Source: Eledone cirrhosa
Lineage: Eukaryota
Direction: 5' to 3'
DNA length: 64,000 nt
Assembly (NCBI GenBank): GCA_964016885.1
Contig: OZ024743.1
Coordinates: 243,226,001-243,290,000 of the forward strand
Shown here: positions 15,401 through 29,100 of the stretch, piece by piece
Numbering within the stretch: position 1 is the first letter of the stretch
Layout: each line of letters opens with the position of its first letter
Made by a program: the position numbers and the translations under genes
The notes under the pieces: generated by a model
Told to the model about the DNA's origin: nothing
What the model saw: the letters and a program-made list of their open reading frames with translations, nothing else
The model's database searches: none

Positions 15401-17599
15401 AATGGTTTGGTATAATTGTAGTAAACACAGCTGTACCACCCAAAATGGTTTGGTTTAATTGTAGTAGACACAGCTGTACCAACCAAAATGGTTTGGTATA
15501 ATTGTAGTAGACACAGCTGTACCAACCAAAATGGTTTGGTATAATTGTAGTAGACACAGCTGTACCAACCAAAATGGTTTGGTATAATTGTAGTAGACAC
15601 AGCTGTACCAACCAAAATGGTTTGGTATAATTGTAGTAGACACAGCTGTACCAACCAAAATGGTTTGGTATAATTTTAGTACCCACAGCTGTACCAACTA
15701 AAATGCTTTGGTATAATTGTAGTAGACACAGATGTACCAACCAAAATGGTTTGGTATAATTGTAGTAGACACAGCTGTACCAACCAAAATGGTTTGGTAT
15801 AATTGTAGTAGCCACAGCTGTACCAACCAAAATGGTTTGGTATAATTGTAGTAGCCACAGCTGTACCAACCAAAATGGTTTGGTATAATTGTAGTAGACA
15901 CAACTGTACCAACCAAAATGGTTTGGTATAATTGTAGCAGCCACAGCTGTACCAACCAAAATGGTTTGGTATAATTGTAGTTGACACAGCTGTACCAACT
16001 AAAATGGTTTGGTATAATTTTAGTAGCCACAGCTGTAACAACCAAAATGGTTTGGTATAATTGTAGTAGACACTAGGCACTTTATCAACCAAAATGGTTT
16101 GGTATAATTGTAGTAGACACGGAACTGTACCAACCAAAATGATTTGGTATAATTGTAGTAGACACAGCTTTACCAACGAAAATGGTTTGGTATTATTGTA
16201 GTAAACACAACTGTACCACCCAAAAGGGTTTGGTTTAATTGTAGTAGACACAGCTGTACCAACCAAAATGGTTTGGTATAATTGTAGTAGACACAGTTGT
16301 ACCAACCAAAATGGTTTGGTATAATTGTAGTAGACACAGCTGTACCAACCAAAAGGGTTTGGTATAATTGTAGTAGACACAGCTGTACCAACCAAAATGG
16401 TTTGGTATAATTTTAGTAGCTACAGCTGTACCAACTAAAATGCTTTGGTATAATTGTAGTAGACACAGCTGTACCAACCAAAATGGTTTGGTATAATTGT
16501 AGTAGACTCAGCTGTACCAACCAAAATGGTTTGGTATAATTGTAGTAGCCACAGCTGTACCAACCAAAATGGTTTGGTATAATTGTAGTAGCCACAGCTG
16601 TACCAACCAAAATGGTTTGGTATAATTGTAGTATACACAACTGTACCAACCAAAATGGTTTGGTATAATTGTAGTAGCCACAGCTGTACCAACTAAAATG
16701 CTTTGGTATAATTTTAGTAGACACAGCTGTACCAACCAAAATGGTTTGGTATAATTGTAGTAGACACAGCTGTACCAACCAAAATGGTTTGGTATAATTT
16801 TAGTAGCCACAGATGTACCAACCAAATGGTTTGGTATAATTGTAGTAGCCACAGCTGTACCAACCAAAATGGTTTGGTATAATTGTAGTAGACACAGCTG
16901 TACCAACCAAAATGGTTTGGTATAATTCTAGTAGACACAGCTGTACCAACCAAAATGGTTTGGTATAATATTAGTAGCCACAGCTGTACCAACCAAAATG
17001 GTTTGGTATAATTTTAGTAGCCACAGCTGTACCAACCAAAATAGTTTGGTCTAATTGTAGTAGCCACAGCTGTACCAACCAAAATGGTTTGGTATAATTG
17101 TAGTAGACACAGCTGTACCAACCAAAATGGTTTGGTATAATTTTAGTAGCCACAGCTGTACCAACTAAAATGCTTTGGTATAATTGTAGTAGACACAGCT
17201 GTACCAACCAAAATGGTTTGGTATAATTTTAGTAGCTACAGCTGTACCAACTAAAATGCTTTGGTATAATTGTAGTAGACACAGCTGTACCAACCAAAAT
17301 GGTTTGGTATAATTGTAGTAGACTCAGCTGTACCAACCAAAATGGTTTGGTATAATTGTAGTAGCCACAGCTGTACCAACCAAAATGGTTTGGTATAATT
17401 GTAGTAGCCACAGCTGTACCAACCAAAATGGTTTGGTATAATTGTAGTATACACAACTGTACCAACCAAAATGGTTTGGTATAATTGTAGTAGCCACAGC
17501 TGTACCAACTAAAATGCTTTGGTATAATTTTAGTAGACACAGCTGTACCAACCAAAATGGTTTGGTATAATTGTAGTAGACACAGCTGTACCAACCAAA

Positions 17600-20500
17600 A
17601 TGGTTTGGTATAATTTTAGTAGCCACAGATGTACCAACCAAATGGTTTGGTATAATTGTAGTAGCCACAGCTGTACCAACCAAAATGGTTTGGTATAATT
17701 GTAGTAGACACAGCTGTACCAACCAAAATGGTTTGGTATAATTCTAGTAGACACAGCTGTACCAACCAAAATGGTTTGGTATAATATTAGTAGCCACAGC
17801 TGTACCAACCAAAATGGTTTGGTATAATTTTAGTAGCCACAGCTGTACCAACCAAAATAGTTTGGTATAATTGTAGTAGCCACAGCTGTACCAACCAAAA
17901 TGGTTTGGTATAATTGTAGTAGACACAGCTGTACCAACCAAAATGGTTTGGTATAATTTTAGTAGCCACAGCTGTACCAACTAAAATGCTTTGGTATAAT
18001 TGTAGTAGACACAGCTGTACCAACCAAAATGGTTTGCTATAATTGTAGTAGACACAGCTGTACCAACGAAAATGGTTTGGTATAATTGTAGTAGACACAG
18101 CTGTTCCAACCAAAATGGTTTGGTATAATTGTAGTAGACACAGCTGTACCAACTAAAATGGTTTGGTATAATTTTAGTAGCCACAGCTGTACCAACCAAA
18201 ATGGTTTGGTACAATTGTAGTAGACACAGCTGTACCAACCAAAATGGTTTGGTATAATTGTAGTAGACACAGAACTGTACCAACCAAAATGGTTTGGTAT
18301 AATCGTAGTAGCCACAGCTGTACCAACCAAAATGGTTTGGTATAATTGTAGTAGACACAGCTGTACCAACCAAAATGGTTTGGTATAATTGTAGTAGCCA
18401 CAGCTGTACCAACCAAAATGGTTTGGTATAATTGTAGTAAACACAGTTGTACCAACCAAAATGATTTGGTATAATTGTAGTTGACACAGCTGTACCAACT
18501 AAAATGGTTTGGTATAATTTTAGTAGCCACAGCTGTACCAAACAAAATGGTTTGGTATAATTGTAGTAGACACAAGGCACTTTATCAACCAAAATGGTTT
18601 GGTGTAATTGTAGTAGACACAACTGTACCAACCAAAATGGTTTAGTAATATTGTAGTAGACACGGAACTGTACCAACCAAAATGATTTGGTATAATTGTA
18701 GTAGACACAGCTGTACCAACCAAAATGGTTTGGTATAATTGTAGTAAACACAGCTGTACCACCCAAAATGGTTTGGTTTAATTGTAGTAGACACAGCTGT
18801 ACCAACCAAAATGGTTTGGTATAATTGTAGTAGACACAGCTGTACCAACCAAAATGGTTTGGTATAATTGTAGTAGACTCAGCTGTACCAACCAAAATGG
18901 TTTGGTATAATTGTAGTAGCCACAGCTGTACCATCCAAAATGGTTTGGTATAATTGTAGTAGCCACAGCTGTACCAACTAAAATGCTTTGGTATAATTGT
19001 AGTAGACACAGCTGTACCAACCAAAATGGTTTGGTATAATTGTAGTAGACACAGCTGTACCAACCAAAATGGTTTGGTATAATTTTAGTAGCTACAGATG
19101 TACCAACCAAATGGTTTGGTATAATTGTAGTAGCCACAGCTGTACCAACCAAAATGGTTTGGTATAATTGTAGTAGACACAGCTGTACCAACCAAAATGG
19201 TTTGGTATAATTCTAGTAGACACAGCTGTACCAACCAAAATGGTTTGGTATAATATTAGTAGCCACAGCTGTACCAACCAAAATGGTTTGGTATAATTTT
19301 AGTAGCCACAGCTGTACCAACCAAAATGGTTTGGTATAATTGTAGTAGCCACAGCTGTACCAACCAAAATGGTTTGGTATAATTGTAGTAGACACAGCTG
19401 TACCAACCAAAATGGTTTGGTATAATGTTAGTAGCCACAGCTGTACCAACTAAAATGCTTTGGTATAATTGTAGTAGCCACAGCTGTACCAACCAAAATG
19501 GTTTGCTATAATTGTAGTAGACACAGCTGTACCAACGAAAATGGTTTGGTATAATTGTAGTAGACACAGCTGTTCCAACCAAAATGGTTTGGTATAATTG
19601 TAGTAGACACAGCTGTACCAACTAAAATGGTTTGGTATAATTTTAGTAGCCACAGCTGTACCAACCAAAATGGTTTGGTATAATTGTAGTAGACACAGCT
19701 GTACCAACCAAAATGGTTTGGTATAATTGTAGTAGACACAGAACTGTACCAACCAAAATGGTTTGGTATAATCGTAGTAGCCACAGCTGTACCAACCAAA
19801 ATGGTTTGGTATAATTGTAGTAGACACAGCTGTACCAACCAAAATGGTTTGGTATAATTGTAGTAGCCACAGCTGTACCAACCAAAATGGTTTGGTATAA
19901 TTGTAGTAGACACAGCTGTACCAACCAAAATGGTTTGGTATAATTGTAGTAAACACAGTTGTACCAACCAAAATGATTTGGTATAATTGTAGTTGACACA
20001 GCTGTACCAACTAAAATGGTTTGGTATAATTTTAGTAGCCACTGCTGTACCAAACAAAATGGTTTGGTATAATTGTAGTAGACACAAGGCACTTTATCAA
20101 CCAAAATGGTTTGGTGTAATTGTAGTAGACACAACTGTACCAACCAAAATGGTTTAGTAATATTGTAGTAGACACGGAACTGTACCAACCAAAATGATTT
20201 GGTATAATTGTAGTAGACACAGCTGTACCAACCAAAATGGTTTGGTATAATTGTAGTAAACACAGCTGTACCACCCAAAATGGTTTGGTTTAATTGTAGT
20301 AGACACAGCTGTACCAACCAAAATGGTTTGGTATAATTGTAGTAGACACAGCTGTACCAACCAAAATGGTTTGGTATAATTGTAGTAGACACAGCTGTAC
20401 CAACCAAAATGGTTTGGTATAATTGTAGTAGACACAGCTGTACCAACCAAAATGGTTTGGTATAATTTTAGTAGCTACAGCTGTACCAACTAAAATGGTT

Positions 20501-22900
20501 TGGTATAATTTTAGTAGCCACAGCTGTACCAACCAAAATGGTTTGGTATAATTGTAGTAGCCACAGCTGTACCAACCAAAATGGTTTGGTATAATTGTAG
20601 TAGACACAGCTGTACCAACCAAAATGGTTTGGTATAATTTTAGTAGCCACAGCTGTACCAACTAAAATGCTTTGGTATAATTGTAGTAGACACAGCTGTA
20701 CCAACCAAAATGGTTTGCTATAATTGTAGTAGACACAGCTGTACCAACGAAAATGGTTTGGTATAATTGTAGTAGACACAGCTGTTCCAACCAAAATGGT
20801 TTGGTATAATTGTAGTAGACACAGCTGTACCAACTAAAATGGTTTGGTATAATTTTAGTAGCCACAGCTGTACCAACCAAAATGGTTTGGTACAATTGTA
20901 GTAGACACAGCTGTACCAACCAAAATGGTTTGGTATAATTGTAGTAGACACAGAACTGTACCAACCAAAATGGTTTGGTATAATCGTAGTAGCCACAGCT
21001 GTACCAACCAAAATGGTTTGGTATAATTGTAGTAGACACAGCTGTACCAACCAAAATGGTTTGGTATAATTGTAGTAGCCACAGCTGTACCAACCAAAAT
21101 GGTTTGGTATAATTGTAGTAAACACAGTTGTACCAACCAAAATGATTTGGTATAATTGTAGTTGACACAGCTGTACCAACTAAAATGGTTTGGTATAATT
21201 TTAGTAGCCACAGCTGTACCAAACAAAATGGTTTGGTATAATTGTAGTAGACACAAGGCAATTTATCAACCAAAATGGTTTGGTGTAATTGTAGTAGACA
21301 CAACTGTACCAACCAAAATGGTTTAGTAATATTGTAGTAGACACGGAACTGTACCAACCAAAATGATTTGGTATAATTGTAGTAGACACAGCTGTACCAA
21401 CCAAAATGGTTTGGTATAATTGTAGTAAACACAGCTGTACCACCCAAAATGGTTTGGTTTAATTGTAGTAGACACAGCTGTACCAACCAAAATGGTTTGG
21501 TATAATTGTAGTAGACACAGCTGTACCAACCAAAATGGTTTGGTATAATTGTAGTAGACTCAGCTGTACCAACCAAAATGGTTTGGTATAATTGTAGTAG
21601 CCACAGCTGTACCATCCAAAATGGTTTGGTATAATTGTAGTAGCCACAGCTGTACCAACTAAAATGCTTTGGTATAATTGTAGTAGACACAGCTGTACCA
21701 ACCAAAATGGTTTGGTATAATTGTAGTAGACACAGCTGTACCAACCAAAATGGTTTGGTATAATTTTAGTAGCCACAGATGTACCAACCAAATGGTTTGG
21801 TATAATTGTAGTAGCCACAGCTGTACCAACCAAAATGGTTTGGTATAATTGTAGTAGACACAGCTGTACCAACCAAAATGGTTTGGTATAATTCTAGTAG
21901 ACACAGCTGTACCAACCAAAATGGTTTGGTATAATATTAGTAGCCACAGCTGTACCAACCAAAATGGTTTGGTATAATTTTAGTAGCCACAGCTGTACCA
22001 ACCAAAATGGTTTGGTATAATTGTAGTAGCCACAGCTGTACCAACCAAAATGGTTTGGTATAATTGTAGTAGACACAGCTGTACCAACCAAAATGGTTTG
22101 GTATAATTTTAGTAGCCACAGCTGTACCAACTAAAATGCTTTGGTATAATTGTAGTAGACACAGAACTGTACCAACCAAAATGGTTTGGTATAATCGTAG
22201 TAGCCACAGCTGTACCAACCAAAATGGTTTGGTATAATTGTAGTAGACACAGCTGTACCAACCAAAATGGTTTGGTATAATTGTAGTAGCCACAGCTGTA
22301 CCAACCAAAATGGTTTGGTATAATTGTAGTAGACACAGCTGTACCAACCAAAATGGTTTGGTATAATTGTAGTAAACACAGTTGTACCAACCAAAATGAT
22401 TTGGTATAATTGTAGTTGACACAGCTGTACCAACTAAAATGGTTTGGTATAATTTTAGTAGCCACAGCTGTACCAAACAAAATGGTTTGGTATAATTGTA
22501 GTAGACACAAGGCACTTTATCAACCAAAATGGTTTGGTGTAATTGTAGTAGACACAACTGTACCAACCAAAATGGTTTAGTAATATTGTAGTAGACACGG
22601 AACTGTACCAACCAAAATGATTTGGTATAATTGTAGTAGACACAGCTGTACCAACCAAAATGGTTTGGTATAATTGTAGTAAACACAGCTGTACCACCCA
22701 AAATGGTTTGGTTTAATTGTAGTAGACACAGCTGTACCAACCAAAATGGTTTGGTATAATTGTAGTAGACACAGCTGTACCAACCAAAATGGTTTGGTAT
22801 AATTGTAGTAGACACAGCTGTACCAACCGAAATGGTTTGGTATAATTGTAGTAGACACAGCTGTACCAACCAAAATGGTTTGGTATAATTTTAGTAGCTA
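17600..22900. repeat. Cluster of about four related 1.2-1.5 kb higher-order units (spacings 1,512, 1,169, 1,254 bp; 1,469-bp period at its start)
   Basis: Marker ORFs at 18520, 20032, 21201 and 22455; 17744/19213 offset 1,469; 17981/20662 offset 2,681 with shared private GGTACAATT and CCATCC variants. Confidence 0.85.
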
Positions 22901-25900
22901 CAGCTGTACCAACTAAAATGCTTTGGTATAATTGTAGTAGCCACAGCTGTACCAAACAAAATGGTTTGGTATAATTGTAGTAGCCACAGCTGTACCAACC
23001 AAAATGGTTTGGTATAATTGTAGTAGACACAACTGTACCAACCAAAATGGTTTGGTATAATTGTAGTAGACACAGCTGTACCAACCAAAATGGTTTGGTA
23101 TAATTTTAGTAGCCACAGCTGTACCAACCAAAATGGTTGCGTATAATATTAGTAGCCACAGCTGTACCAACTAAAATGCTTTGGTATAATTGTAGTAGAC
23201 ACAGCTGTACCAACCAAAATGGTTTGGTATAATTGTAGTAGACACAGCTGTACCAACCAAAATGGTTTGGTATAATTTTAGTAGCCACAGATGTACCAAC
23301 CAAATGGTTTGGTATAATTGTAGTAGCCACAGCTGTACCAACCAAAATGGTTTGGTATAATTGTAGTAGCCACAGCTGTACCAACCAAAATGGTTTGGTA
23401 TAATTGTAGTAGACACAGCTGTACCAACCAAAATGGTTTGGTATAATTGTAGTAGACACAGTTGTACCAACCAAAATGGTTTGGTATAATTGTAGTAGAC
23501 ACAGCTGTACCAACCAAATTGGTTTGGTATAATTGTAGTAGACACAGCTGTACCAACTAAAATGGTGTGGTATAATTTTAGTAGCCACAGCTGTACCAAC
23601 CAAAATGGTTTGGTATAATTGTAGTAGACACAGCTGTACCAACCAAAATGGTTTGGTATAATTGTAGTAAACACAGCTGTACCAACCAGAATGGTTTGGT
23701 ATAATTGTAGTAGACACAAGGCACTGTATCAACCAAAATGGTTTGGTATAATTGTAGTAGACACAGCTGTACCAACCAAAATGGTTTAGTAATATTGTAG
23801 TAGACACAGAACTGTACCAACTAAAATGATTTGGTATACTTGTAGTAGACACAGAACTGTACCAACCAAAATGCTTTGGTATAATTGTAGTAGACACAGC
23901 TGTACCAACCAAAATGGTTTGGTATAATTGTAGTAGACACAGCGGTACAAACCAAAATGGTTTGGTATAATTGTAGTAGACACAGCTGTACCAACCAAAA
24001 TGGTTTGGTATAATTGTAGTAGACACAGCTGTACAAACCAAAATGGTTTGGTATAATTTTAGTAGCCACAGCTGTACCAACTAAAATGCTTTGGTATAAT
24101 TGTAGTAGACACAGCTGTACCAACTAAAATGGTTTGGTATAATTTTAGTAGCCACAGCTGTACCAACCAAAATGGTTTGGTATAATTGTAGTAGACACAG
24201 CTGTACGAACCAAAATGGTTTGGTATAATTGTAGTAGCCACAGCTGTACCAACCAAAATGGTTTGGTAAAATTGTAGTAGACACAGCTGTACCAACCAAA
24301 ATAGTTTGGTATAATTGTAGTAGACACAAGGCACTTTATCAACCAAAATGGTTTGGTATAATTGTAGTAGACACAGCTGTACCAACCAAAATGGTTTAGT
24401 AATATTGTAGTAGACACAGAACTGTACCAACCAAAATGATTTGGTATAATTGTAGTAGACACAGCCGTACCAACCAAAATGGTTTGGTATAATTGTAGTA
24501 GCCACAGCTGTACCAACCAAAATGGTTTGGTTTAATTGTAGTAGCCACAGCTGTACCAACCAAAATGGTTTGGTATAATTGTAGTAGACACAGCTGTACC
24601 AACCAAAATGGTTTGGTATAATTGTAGTAGACACAGTTGTACCAACCAAAATGGTTTGGTATAATTGTAGTAGACACAGCTGTACCAACCAAATTGGTTT
24701 GGTATAATTGTAGTAGACACAGCTGTACCAACTAAAATGGTGTGGTATAATTTTAGTAGCCACAGCTGTACCAACCAAAATGGTTTGGTATAATCGTAGT
24801 AGCCACAGCTGTACCAACCAAAATGGTTTGGTATAATTGTAGTAGACACAGCTGTACCAACCAAAATGGTTTGGTATAATTGTAGTAGCCACAGCTGTAC
24901 CAACCAAAATGGTTTGGTATAATTGTAGTAGACACAGCTGTACCAACCAAAATGGTTTGGTATATTTGTAGTAAACACAGCTGTACCAACCAGAATGGTT
25001 TGGTATAATTGTAGTAGACACAAGGCACTGTATCAACCAAAATGGTTTGGTATAATTGTAGTAGACACAGCTGTACCAACCAAAATGGTTTAGTAATATT
25101 GTAGTAGACACAGAACTGTACCAACTAAAATGATTTGGTATACTTGTAGTAGACACAGAACTGTACCAACCAAAATGGTTTGGTATAATTGTAGTAGACA
25201 CAGCTGTACCAACCAAAATGGTTTAGTAATATTGTAGTAGACACAGAACTGTACCAACCAAAATGGTTTGGTATAATTGTAGTAGACACAGCTGTACCAA
25301 CCAAAATGGTTTGGTATAATTGTAGTAGACACAGCGGTACCAACCAAAATGGTTTGGTATAATTGTAGTAGACACAGCTGTACAAACCAAAATGGTTTGG
25401 TATAATTTTAGTAGCCACAGCTGTACCAACTAAAATGCTTTGGTATAATTGTAGTAGACACAGCTGTACCAACTAAAATGGTTTGGTATAATTTTAGTAG
25501 CCACAGCTGTACCAACCAAAATGGTTTGGTATAATTGTAGTAGACACAGCTGTACCAACCAAAATGGTTTGGTATAATTGTAGTAGCCACAGCTGTACCA
25601 ACCAAAATGGTTTGGTAAAATTGTAGTAGACACAGCTGTACCAACCAAAATAGTTTGGTATAATTGTAGTAGACACAAGGCACTTTATCAACCAAAATGG
25701 TTTGGTATAATTGTAGTAGACACAGCTGTACCAACCAAAATGGTTTAGTAATATTGTAGTAGACACAGAACTGTACCAACCAAAATGATTTGGTATAATT
25801 GTAGTAGACACAGCCGTACCAACCAAAATGATTTGGTATGATTGTAGTAGACACAGCTGTACCAACCAAAATGGTTTGGTATAATTGTAGTAGACACAAC

Positions 25901-26113
25901 TGTACCAACTAAAATGGTTAGGTATAATTGTAGTAAACACAGCTGTACCACCCAAAATGGTTTGGTTTAATTGTAGTAGACACAGCTGTACCAACCAAAA
26001 TGGTTTGGTATAATTGTAGTAGACACAGCTGTACCAACCAAAATGGTTTGGTATAATTGTAGTAGACACAGCTGTACCAACCAAAATGGTTTGGTATAAT
26101 TGTAGTAGACACA

Positions 26114-29100
26114 GCTGTACCAACCAAAATGGTTTGGTATAATTGTAGTAGACACAGCTGTACCAACCAAAATGGTTTGGTATAATTTTAGTACCCACAG
26201 CTGTACCAACTAAAATGCTTTGGTATAATTGTAGTAGACACAGACACAGATGTACCAACCAAAATGGTTTGGTATAATTGTAGTAGACACAGCTGTACCA
26301 ATCAAAATGGTTTGGTATAATTGTAGTAGCCACAGCTGTACCAACCAAAATGGTTTGGTATAATTGTAGTAGCCACAGCTGTACCAACCAAAATGGTTTG
26401 GTATAATTGTAGTAGACACAACTGTACCAACCAAAATGGTTTGGTATAATTGTAGCAGCCACAGCTGTACCAAACAAAATGGTTTGGTATAATTGTAGTT
26501 GACACAGCTGTACCAACTAAAATGGTGTGGTATAATTTTAGTAGCCACAGCTGTAACAACCAAAATGGTTTGGTATAATTGTAGTAGACACAAGGCACTT
26601 TATCAACCAAAATGGTTTGGTATAATTGTAGTAGACACAACTGTACCAACCAAAATGGTTTAGTAATATTGTAGTAGACACGGAACTGTACCAACCAAAA
26701 TGATTTGGTATAATTGTAGTAGACACAGCTGTACCAACCAAAATGGTTTGGTATAATTGTAGTAAACACAGCTGTACCACCCAAAATGGTTTGGTTTAAT
26801 TGTAGTAGACACAGCTGTACCAACCAAAATGGTTTGGTATAATTGTAGTAGACACAGTTGTACCAACCAAAATGGTTTGGTATAATTGTAGTAGACACAG
26901 CTGTACCAACCAAAATGGTTTGGTATAATTGTAGTAGACACAGCTGTACCAACCAAAATGGTTTGGTATAATTTTAGTAGCTACAGCTGTACCAACTAAA
27001 ATGCTTTGGTATAATTGTAGTAGACACAGCTGTACCAACCAAAATGGTTTGGTATAATTGTAGTAGACTCAGCTGTACCAACCAAAATGGTTTGGTATAA
27101 TTGTAGTAGCCACAGCTGTACCAACCAAAATGGTTTGGTATAATTGTAGTAGCCACAGCTGTACCAACCAAAATGGTTTGGTATAATTGTAGTAGACACA
27201 ACTGTACCAACCAAAATGGTTTGGTATAATTGTAGTAGCCACAGCTGTACCAACTAAAATGCTTTGGTATAATTGTAGTAGACACAGCTGTACCAACCAA
27301 AATGGTTTGGTATAATTGTAGTAGACACAGCTGTACCAACCAAAATGGTTTGGTATAATTTTAGTAGCCACAGATATACCAACCAAATGGTTTGGTATAA
27401 TTGTAGTAGCCACAGCTGTACCAACCAAAATGGTTTGGTATAATTGTAGTAGACACAGCTGTACCAACCAAAATGGTTTGGTATAATTCTAGTAGACACA
27501 GCTGTACCAACCAAAATGGTTTGGTATAATATTAGTAGCCACAGCTGTACCAACCAAAATGGTTTGGTATAATTTTAGTAGCCACAGCTGTACCAACCAA
27601 AATGGTTTGGTATAATTGTAGTAGCCACAGCTGTACCAACCAAAATGGTTTGGTATAATTGTAGTAGACAGAGCTGTACCAACCAAAATGGTTTGGTATA
27701 ATTTATTAGCCACAGCTGTACCAACTAAAATGCTTTGGTATAATTGTAGTAGCCACAGCTGTACCAACCAAAATGGTTCGTTATAATTGTAGTAGACACA
27801 GCTGTACCAACCAAAATGGTTTGGTAATATTGTAGTAGACACAGAACTGTACCAACTAAAATGATTTGGTATAATTGTAGTAGACACAGAAATGTATCAA
27901 CCAAAATGGTTTGGTATAATTGTAGTAGACACAGCTGTACCAACCAAAATGGTTTAGTAATATTGTAGTAGACACAGAACTGTACCAACTAAAATGATTT
28001 GGTATAATTGTAGTAAACACAGAACTGTACCAACCAAAATGGTTTGGTATAATTGTAGTAGACACAGCTGTACCAACCAAAATGGTTTGGTATAATTGTA
28101 GTAGACACAGCTGTACCAACCAAAATAGTTTGGTATAATTGTAGTAGACACAGCTGTACCAACCAAAATGGTTTGGTATAATTGTAGTAGACACAAGGCA
28201 CTGTATGAACCAAAATGGTTTGGTATAATTGTAGTGGACACAGCTGTACCAACCAAAATGATTTGGTTTAATTGTAGTAGACACAGCTGTACAAACTAAA
28301 ATGGTTTGGTATAATTTTAGTAGACACAGCTGTACCAACTAAAATGGTTTGGTATAATTGTAGTAGACACAGAACTGTACCAACCAAAATGGTTTGGTAT
28401 AATTGTAGTAGCCGCAGCTGTACCAACCAAAATGGTTTGGTATAATTGTAGTAGACACAGCTGTACCAACCAAAATGGTTTGGTGTAATTGTAGTAGACA
28501 CAGCTGTACCAACCAAAATGGTTTGGTATAATTGTAGGAGACACAAGGCACTTTATCAACCAAAATGGTTTGGTATAATTGTAGTAGACACAGCTGTACC
28601 AACCAAAATGGTTTAGTAATATTGTAGTAGACACAGAATTGTACCAACCAAAATGATTTGGTATAATTGTAGTAGACACAGCCATACCAACCAAAATGGT
28701 TTGGTATAATTGTAGTAGACACAGCTGTACCAACCAAAATGGTTTGGTATAATTGTAGTAGACACAGCTGTACCAGCCAAAATGGTTTGGTATAATTGTA
28801 GTAAACACAGCTGTACCACCCAAAATGGTTTGGTTTAATTGTAGTAGACACAGCTGTACCAACCAAAATGGTTTGGTATAATTGTAGTAGACACAGCTGT
28901 ACCAACCAAAAGGGTTTGGTATAATTGTAGTAGACACAGCTGTACCAACCAAAATGGTTTGGTATAATTGTAGTAGACACAGCTGTACCAACCAAAATGG
29001 TTTGGTATAATTTTAGTAGCCACAGCTGTACCAACCAAAATTGTTTGGTATATATTGTAGTAGCCACAGCTGTATCAACCAAAATGGTTTGGTATAATTG

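Larger units (their letters stand above)
8551..19774. repeat. Tandem higher-order duplication, 2 x 5,612 bp (about 8551-14162 and 14163-19774)
   Basis: ORF-track entries repeat with constant offset 5,612 (8843/14455, 9007/14619, 12369/17981, 13644/19256). Private variants are shared (42-bp monomer ~8660/14272; GGTCTAATT ~11436/17048; ATAATGTTAG ~13810/19422). Confidence 0.95.
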
